Assembly (NCBI GenBank): GCA_019358915.1
Contig: JAHHIM010000068.1
Span: forward strand, 1-12,106
Source of the DNA: Trichormus sp. ATA11-4-KO1
Lineage (GTDB): Bacteria > Cyanobacteriota > Cyanobacteriia > Cyanobacteriales > Nostocaceae
Length of the DNA stretch: 12,106 nucleotides
Direction of reading: 5' to 3'
Shown: positions 6,645-12,106 of the stretch, in pieces
Layout: each line of letters begins with the position of its first letter
Numbering within the stretch: position 1 is the first letter of the stretch
Translations under genes and position numbers: made by a program
Notes under the pieces: generated by a model
What the model was told of the DNA's origin: nothing
The model's input: the letters and a program-made list of their open reading frames with translations, nothing else
The model's database searches: none

Positions 6645-7761
6645 GTGTTGCACCTACAGTTTGAGTTTTATTTTGTCTCAGTCCACTACCACAGAGAAAG
6701 AAAAATAACCCATAAACATCAGTCAAGCGATAATTGAGAGATTTAGAATTGACTTGCGAGAAATTGTTAGTGATTTGTGCTTCCAAAGTTTCACACCAGT
6801 TGACATGAGAAAACGAAAACAATTTATTTAACTGGGAATGGAAGTAGTGAGCAGTACCCCCACTGAGAATTACTTCGTTAACATCACGGGGAACTTGCAA
6901 CTTCAGCCAATTGGACAACATCATCCAATACTCCTGTCTACTATTGGTAATAGCCTTGCGAATTGTGGTGATTTCATGCTCTCTGTAAGCTGGCTCTAAA
7001 GATGAAGCTAATTCTTCTAAAGCTTTTTGAGAAACGTTTTTACCGGCTTTACAGATGGCAGTAGTCAGGCGTTCCAAATTTAAGCCAGATGTTTGGTTTT
7101 TCACGGATTCCACCATTTTCGAGAATCCCAAAGGTTCTGTTTTACCTCTACTCATTTCTCCTCGCTCAATCAGCAAGATGGAAGTATCTCGATAACCCAG
7201 CATGACCACGCCTATAGTCTGTTCTTTGAGGGTAGAGCCAGGAGCGCGCCCCCTAGTTAAAACTCCCCCACCTTCAGGAAGACAAACAAACAGATCCAAG
7301 GAAAACGATTTTTCACGCCCTTTGAATGTGTAATTAGCAAGAGCAGCCGTGATCAACTGTTGAAATAAAGCCCGGTCTTGATATTCTCCCCAAGGCAGTA
7401 AAATTCCCAAATGAATAGAGGAGCCATTGGGTAAATCGTGTTTGTCGGCGATCGCTCCTACCATCGCCAAAACTTTAGGTAGTGCTAACTCGAACTTGCG
7501 GCGTTGCAGTTGTAAATCAGCGTTGAAGCGTTTTCTAGCCAAGAAGCCCACCGCCTGACACTTGCCTTGATATTCAATCCAAGCACTATTCTCAGGATTA
7601 GATTGACCTATCTTGCTCTGTTCGTAAGCTGCCAAACTTTCTAATGGAACTGTTGCTACTTCCGGCTCCATTAAAATCAATTCTGGTTTAAACGAATCTA
7701 AAGTGTAAAATCCCTTAAGAAAAGAACCACCAGGGTCTACACCTAATCTCAGTAAACTCAT
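6637..7761 (-). CDS. parM: ParM/StbA-family actin-like ATPase
   Basis: 374 aa with actin-fold motifs GVDPGGSFLK (phosphate 1), PEGGG (connect 1), VMLGYRDTS (phosphate 2 variant) and ILSGGTA (adenosine); GAGG RBS. Confidence 0.9.
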   Translation of the reverse strand: MSLLRLGVDPGGSFLKGFYTLDSFKPELILMEPEVATVPLESLAAYEQSKIGQSNPENSAWIEYQGKCQAVGFLARKRFNADLQLQRRKFELALPKVLAMVGAIADKHDLPNGSSIHLGILLPWGEYQDRALFQQLITAALANYTFKGREKSFSLDLFVCLPEGGGVLTRGRAPGSTLKEQTIGVVMLGYRDTSILLIERGEMSRGKTEPLGFSKMVESVKNQTSGLNLERLTTAICKAGKNVSQKALEELASSLEPAYREHEITTIRKAITNSRQEYWMMLSNWLKLQVPRDVNEVILSGGTAHYFHSQLNKLFSFSHVNWCETLEAQITNNFSQVNSKSLNYRLTDVYGLFFFLCGSGLRQNKTQTVGATHG

Positions 7762-7881
7762 GAAACTTGCCTCAAAAAATTATTTTCAGTATGAATAATT
7801 TTCGGTAATAAATTACATCAGTACAGGCTTGCAATTATTGTGTGATTTATTGGTTAATTCTAAGGCTAAATAACAAAAATA

Positions 7882-8001
7882 TGTGATAAATTTGTGTAAA
7901 TCAGAAGTAGTTCCAAGCAGTTCCTAGAATGATTTTGTGATATTTTTATGATGAATTGATGAAAGCCTTGTGATAGTTTTGTGGCTAATCTATGTCATTT
8001 T
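7882..8001. repeat. 11-bp-phased degenerate repeats, parC-like centromere candidate
   Basis: Units at 7936 TGTGATATTTT, 7947 TATGATGAATT, 7958 GATGAAAGCCT, 7969 TGTGATAGTTT, 7980 TGTGGCTAATC and 7991 TATGTCATTTT, plus 7882 TGTGATAAATT and 7893 TGTGTAAATCA; upstream of parM. Confidence 0.55.
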
Positions 8002-8014
8002 AAAAATTTGTTGA

Positions 8015-8042
8015 CTACGCACAGTACGCAAAAAAGTTTTGC
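8015..8042 (-). other. MOBF-type origin of transfer core (inverted repeat plus nic); predicted nick between 8019 and 8018 on the minus strand
   Basis: Minus strand GCAAAA-CTT-TTTTGC-GTACTGTGC^GTAG resembles, as I recall them, R388 (TGCGTATTGTCT^ATAG) and the F oriT hairpin (GCAAAAAC..TTTTTGCGT). It lies upstream of a MOBF relaxase. Confidence 0.75.
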
Positions 8043-8108
8043 CAGAAAAAAGAACTAGATTTAAAATAAAAATCAGCAGAAAAAACCTATGTAAACAAAT
8101 ATTAAAAT

Positions 8109-8558
8109 GTGAAGCATTTAAAACTACAGAAAGTAACATTCAGGCTTTTACAGATAGAAGCGCGTCAAATGATGGCGATGTGCTTCTGGAAAAATAGTCA
8201 TCACTGGAGTAGTCAGCCATCACCCAGAAAAAAATATTCTGACCATGTAGTGATTCGAGTAGCTGATTTCAAAACAATCAACTGGGTGGGTTTTAACTTT
8301 TGTAAATACCATGCCCAGGCAGTGAGGATATTTCAACAACTGCCAAGCAGTGAAAAATTGTTTTACGAAATTCAGCCCAACTGTTATAAAAAATTCCCAG
8401 TGTGGTGTATTGATAGCCGACAGTTTGAAAATGTCATCAATGAACTCAATCATTGTGCAGGCATCCACTTGAGATTTATCATTAGTAGTCCTCATCAAGT
8501 ACCTGAACTATTTCAACCGCTTAATCTGACCTTTTTGGAAAGGAACAGTCAGTGTTAA
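8109..8558 (+). CDS. Hypothetical protein coupled to the relaxase, possible HARP-like domain
   Basis: ORF overlaps the relaxase GTG start by 7 nt. The real start may be an internal ATG near 8169. Contains KYHAQAVRIFQQLPS...Y...W.I....F..VINEL. Confidence 0.6.
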   Translation: MKHLKLQKVTFRLLQIEARQMMAMCFWKNSHHWSSQPSPRKKYSDHVVIRVADFKTINWVGFNFCKYHAQAVRIFQQLPSSEKLFYEIQPNCYKKFPVWCIDSRQFENVINELNHCAGIHLRFIISSPHQVPELFQPLNLTFLERNSQC

Positions 8559-11500
8559 CAGGTAAAAACTCTTTACCACAGCAAGCAGTACATTATTTCC
8601 TGGAGGAGTATTATCAGGAAGGTACATCACGCTGGTCTGGTCTGGGTGCTAAAAAATTGGGACTATCAGGGGCAGTTGATAACCAGGAAATCTTCTCAAA
8701 CATCGTCAATGGAATATCACCAGATGGCAACCAAAAACTGTGTGCCAGAAGATTGGATTCATCACAACGCCGAGCCGCTACTGACTTCACTTTTTCAGCA
8801 CCAAAAAGCGTCAGCCTCCAAGCTTTAGTAGGTGGAGACGAGCAGTTAATTAAAGCGCATCAGTTAGCGGTACAAAAAACCTTAGAGTTAATTGAACAAC
8901 GCTACAGCTACACCAGAGCGACAACTGAAACAGGGCAACAACTTATCAATACCAATAATTTAGTAGTTGCCGAGTTTGACCATATTGAAACCAGAAAACT
9001 AGACCCACATCTGCATACTCACGCCCTGGTCATGAATATGACGCAGCTAGAGAATGGTAAATGGTACAGTCTGCTCAACGATGAAATCTTCAAAAACAAG
9101 AAATTTCTCGGCATGGTTTACCAGAACTACTTAGCTGTAGAAGTGCAAAAACTGGGGTACGAGGTCGAAGCCAGGAATCATGGACAGTTTGAGATTAAAG
9201 GGTTTCAGAGTGAAGACCTGAAAGAATTTTCTAAGAGACGGCAGCAGATATTAAGCGCCGCCGGGGAAAACGCAACATGGGCAGAACGAGAACAAGCATG
9301 GACGGCCACCCGGAATTTGAAGCAGAAGATTAACCCAGAAGAATTAAAAGCCAAGTGGAGAGAAGAAGCCGCAGCACTGGGGATTAAATTTGTCCAGCCA
9401 GGGGAGGCGCAACCTGAACTACAGCCCAGACTAGTAAGCTATGACAACTTAGAAGATGCGATCGCTCACTGCTCTGAAAGGAATGTTGCTTTTACCCAAG
9501 AAGAACTAGAAAAATTCATCCTCAATCAAGGACTAGCCACAGACGTAAGCCAGATAGAACCATTAATTAAAGCCAATCCTGAACTACTCAGATTATCCTC
9601 AGAAACTCGTGACTATACCACCCTAGCAGCAGTTAACCGCGAACTGGCAACCATTAAACTCATGCAAGATGGTCAGGGAAAAGTTAACCCATTGGCTCAT
9701 CCAGAAGTGATTACAAGTCGTTTAGAGCAAACCACTCTAAATTTAGGACAACGCCGCGCCGTAGAAGCAGTAGCCACTACCACAGACCAATTTATTGCAT
9801 GGCAAGGGGTAGCTGGTGCTGGGAAAACTTTCGCCCTCAAGGAATTAAAGAAAATCGCCGCTGATACAGGGTACACCATCAAAGGATTTGCCCCCAGTTC
9901 AATGGCCGCTAAAGTTTTGAGTCTTGAATTGGATATTCAAGCCGAAACAGTTGCTAGATTACTGGTGTCTGAACCACCACAAGAAATTGAACCTCAACAA
10001 ATTTGGATTGTAGATGAAGCCGGATTACTCAGTGCCAAAGATGCGATCGCTCTGTTAGAACGAGCTACCCAGGAACAAGCCAGAGTGCTGTTAGTGGGTG
10101 ATACAAAACAACTATCAGCCGTAGAAGCTGGCAACCCCTTTAAATCACTGCAACAGGCAGGAATCAAAACTAGCTATCTGAATGAATCCTTAAGGCAACG
10201 CGCCCCAGAGCTAAAACTAGCAGTAGATTTAATTGCTGAAGGGAGAATTCAGGACGGATTTACACGGTTAGATGAAAACGGTTGTATTCATAGCGTTTCA
10301 TCTGAACTGAAGATTGAGGCAATTGCCCGTGATTACATAACAGCTACACCAGAACAACGAGCCAGAACTCTGGTACTGGCAGGAACCAATTTTGAAAGAC
10401 TAGATATCACCCAAGCCATTCGGGAAAAACTGAAAACTGAGGGAAGTTTAAGCACTGGGATTGATATTACTCAACTCAAAGCTAAAGACCTGACAAGAGT
10501 ACAAATGCGCTACACCCATAATTTTGAACTGGGAGATGTAGTTATGCCCACCCGCAGTTACAAGCGCCGGGGATTGGAGAAGGGGAAACTATATGAAGTA
10601 ATAAGTAAAGATAATGACCGCTTGACCGTAAAAGATGAGGATGGCAGAGAATTTCAGGTAGATACGGGATTTGAGCAGGCAGTTTACCAAAGGCAGGGGA
10701 TTGAAATTGCTGTGGGCGATCGCCTACGCTGGACGAAGAATGACCGACAATTAGGACGGCGCAACGGTCAGGAATTTGTAGTTACAGCCATTGCTGGGTC
10801 TAACGCACAAATTGAGTATTTAGATAGTGGTCAAACTGAATTTATCAATCTGCAACAAGCGCAACATCTAGATTATGCCATTGTCAGCACTACATATAGT
10901 AGTCAGGGTAAAACTGCTGACCGAGTGTTGATTGCGGCTGATAACACTATTGGACAAGAAAGCTTTTATGTAGCGGTCAGCCGTGCCAGGCATGAATTGA
11001 AGCTGTACACCGAGGATAAAGATAATTTACTAGCCCAGGCGCAATCCAGTAAAACTAAGGAAAATGCACTGGCGCTACTACGGCAACAGGAATTAGCGAA
11101 GCAACACCAGTCAGAGCAAGAGAAAGAAAAGGTTGAAGTTGCTACGATTGTAGCTAAACAGCCGACTGTATCACCGGAAAGAACAGTACAGCCGCCAATT
11201 TTGAAAGCTAAAGTCACACCCCCGGCTATTAAGGCTCAATCGCTACAAGTACCCGAAAGAATCGTTCCTACTCCCAAACCTGTTATTAAACAGCAAGTTT
11301 CCAAGACTCTACCGCCAACAGTAGCATTTTGGACTCCTGAAAACTCAGTGTCAGCACCGGAACGCCTTGACGAACAGCACTGGCAAGAATTAGTACAAGA
11401 CAGCGCCATTCACCCAGAAATTGCCATTCGTAACTTCAAAAGTCTGCATCAAACCAGAGAATGGGAGCATGAGGCTTGGGAATACCTCATGTACAGTGAT

Positions 11501-11998
11501 AAATTGTCACGCACCAATACAGGCAGACTATCTTCAGGATTTATGAGTAAGTATGCTCATATTGAATCTGGTGGTTGGTGGTGTGATGCTGGTGTTAATC
11601 CAAAATCCTTTGCTGACCTTCAAGCAGGGGATAAACCTGACAGAAAATTATGGGGATGCTATAAACCCAACAACCCGCGAGAAAAAGCGGATAAACCCGG
11701 TAAGTTCATTAAATATGAGCATCCACCTAAAACTGAATTAAGTATCTTCTTGTTAGATGTACCTGATGAGATTGCCGAGCGTATCTATGAAAAAGCCGGG
11801 GTAAAGCCTACTGAAAGCGATCGCGCCAGTGGTTTTTGGTATTGTGTTTGTCAGCATAACCTCCCAGTGACAATCACTGAGGGAGCGAAGAAAGCCGCTA
11901 GTTTGTTAAGCCAAGGTCACGCAGCAATTGGACTGCCGGGGATATATGCTGGTTATCGCAGCCTAGATGAGTTTGGTGAACCTGACTTTTCCCGTTAA
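8552..11998 (+). CDS. mobF: MobF (TrwC/TraI-like) relaxase with RecD-like SF1 helicase and C-terminal DUF3854-like domain, truncated by an IS
   Basis: Relaxase motifs: N-terminal YFLEEYY tyrosines, DFTFSAPKSVS, HIETRKLDPHLHTH. Helicase motifs: GVAGAGKT, IVDEAG, VGDTKQL, TTYSSQGKT. C-terminal HWQELV..SAI...ITEGAKKAASLLSQGHAAIGLPG. The stop codon lies inside the IS end. Confidence 0.95.
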   Translation: MLTGKNSLPQQAVHYFLEEYYQEGTSRWSGLGAKKLGLSGAVDNQEIFSNIVNGISPDGNQKLCARRLDSSQRRAATDFTFSAPKSVSLQALVGGDEQLIKAHQLAVQKTLELIEQRYSYTRATTETGQQLINTNNLVVAEFDHIETRKLDPHLHTHALVMNMTQLENGKWYSLLNDEIFKNKKFLGMVYQNYLAVEVQKLGYEVEARNHGQFEIKGFQSEDLKEFSKRRQQILSAAGENATWAEREQAWTATRNLKQKINPEELKAKWREEAAALGIKFVQPGEAQPELQPRLVSYDNLEDAIAHCSERNVAFTQEELEKFILNQGLATDVSQIEPLIKANPELLRLSSETRDYTTLAAVNRELATIKLMQDGQGKVNPLAHPEVITSRLEQTTLNLGQRRAVEAVATTTDQFIAWQGVAGAGKTFALKELKKIAADTGYTIKGFAPSSMAAKVLSLELDIQAETVARLLVSEPPQEIEPQQIWIVDEAGLLSAKDAIALLERATQEQARVLLVGDTKQLSAVEAGNPFKSLQQAGIKTSYLNESLRQRAPELKLAVDLIAEGRIQDGFTRLDENGCIHSVSSELKIEAIARDYITATPEQRARTLVLAGTNFERLDITQAIREKLKTEGSLSTGIDITQLKAKDLTRVQMRYTHNFELGDVVMPTRSYKRRGLEKGKLYEVISKDNDRLTVKDEDGREFQVDTGFEQAVYQRQGIEIAVGDRLRWTKNDRQLGRRNGQEFVVTAIAGSNAQIEYLDSGQTEFINLQQAQHLDYAIVSTTYSSQGKTADRVLIAADNTIGQESFYVAVSRARHELKLYTEDKDNLLAQAQSSKTKENALALLRQQELAKQHQSEQEKEKVEVATIVAKQPTVSPERTVQPPILKAKVTPPAIKAQSLQVPERIVPTPKPVIKQQVSKTLPPTVAFWTPENSVSAPERLDEQHWQELVQDSAIHPEIAIRNFKSLHQTREWEHEAWEYLMYSDKLSRTNTGRLSSGFMSKYAHIESGGWWCDAGVNPKSFADLQAGDKPDRKLWGCYKPNNPREKADKPGKFIKYEHPPKTELSIFLLDVPDEIAERIYEKAGVKPTESDRASGFWYCVCQHNLPVTITEGAKKAASLLSQGHAAIGLPGIYAGYRSLDEFGEPDFSR

Positions 11999-12106
11999 GT
12001 CTGTTTAGCAAGCTTCCAGCCCTCACAGAGGTCATGCAATTTTAACCAACCGCGCCACAGGACTTGAATACCAATGGGTGTTTTGCTTCGATGTTCGAGG
12101 TAGCCA
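11982..12106 (-). mobile_element. IS4-family (IS50/Tn5-like) insertion sequence, downstream end; continues beyond the window
   Basis: 19-bp end CTGACTTTTCCCGTTAAGT (11982-12000) resembles the IS50 outside end CTGACTCTTATACACAAGT, and is adjacent to a transposase C-terminus. Confidence 0.85.
11995..12105 (-). CDS. IS4/IS50-like transposase, C-terminal 36 aa (partial)
   Basis: Manual translation GYLEHRSKTPIGIQVLWRGWLKLHDLCEGWKLAKQT* matches the Tn5-type dimerisation-domain motif GGYL...P.G...LWRGW..L. It is not in the ORF track. Confidence 0.88.
   Translation of the reverse strand, partial: GYLEHRSKTPIGIQVLWRGWLKLHDLCEGWKLAKQT

Noticed and set aside
7945..7966. Partial match of spacer 6/9 (TTGATGAAAGC) to the parC/oriT region, suggesting self-targeting
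   Set aside because: Only 11 contiguous nt in AT-rich sequence, and the 3' part of the spacer does not match. I saw no convincing self-target in the window by eye, though this was not an exhaustive search.
8220..8498. 92-aa minus-strand ORF
   Set aside because: Antisense to the ORF coupled to the relaxase, with no motif support.
8646..11741. Short ORFs 8646-8828, 9697-9882, 10966-11217 and 11553-11741
   Set aside because: Out-of-frame or antisense shadows inside the relaxase gene.

Overview
This window is part of a cyanobacterial mobilizable or conjugative plasmid (or plasmid-derived island); I counted ten HIP1 GCGATCGC sites by eye. At the left edge, a TGT/ACA-terminated transposon end with repeated transposase-site-like motifs (1-126) is inserted into cas1, leaving only its 3' part (127-433). 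Next come an intact cas2, a leader and a type I-B (Myxan/cyanobacterial-like) CRISPR array of 33 repeats and 32 spacers (1018-3343), including one exact 3-spacer duplication. A small RHH-like repressor and an N-terminally extended ArdA antirestriction gene are divergently transcribed, with the same palindromic operator in both promoters. A four-gene minus-strand operon follows (ParM-like actin, ParR-like adaptor, duplicated-domain protein, membrane coiled-coil protein), then 11-bp-phased parC-like repeats and a MOBF-type oriT/nic (8015-8042). Beyond these are a possible HARP-like ORF and a MobF relaxase-helicase-DUF3854 fusion, cut off at the right edge by an IS4/IS50-like element. The nic orientation predicts that the par operon, ardA and the CRISPR locus form the conjugative leading region. 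All calls come from reading the sequence and recalled family motifs; no searches were run.
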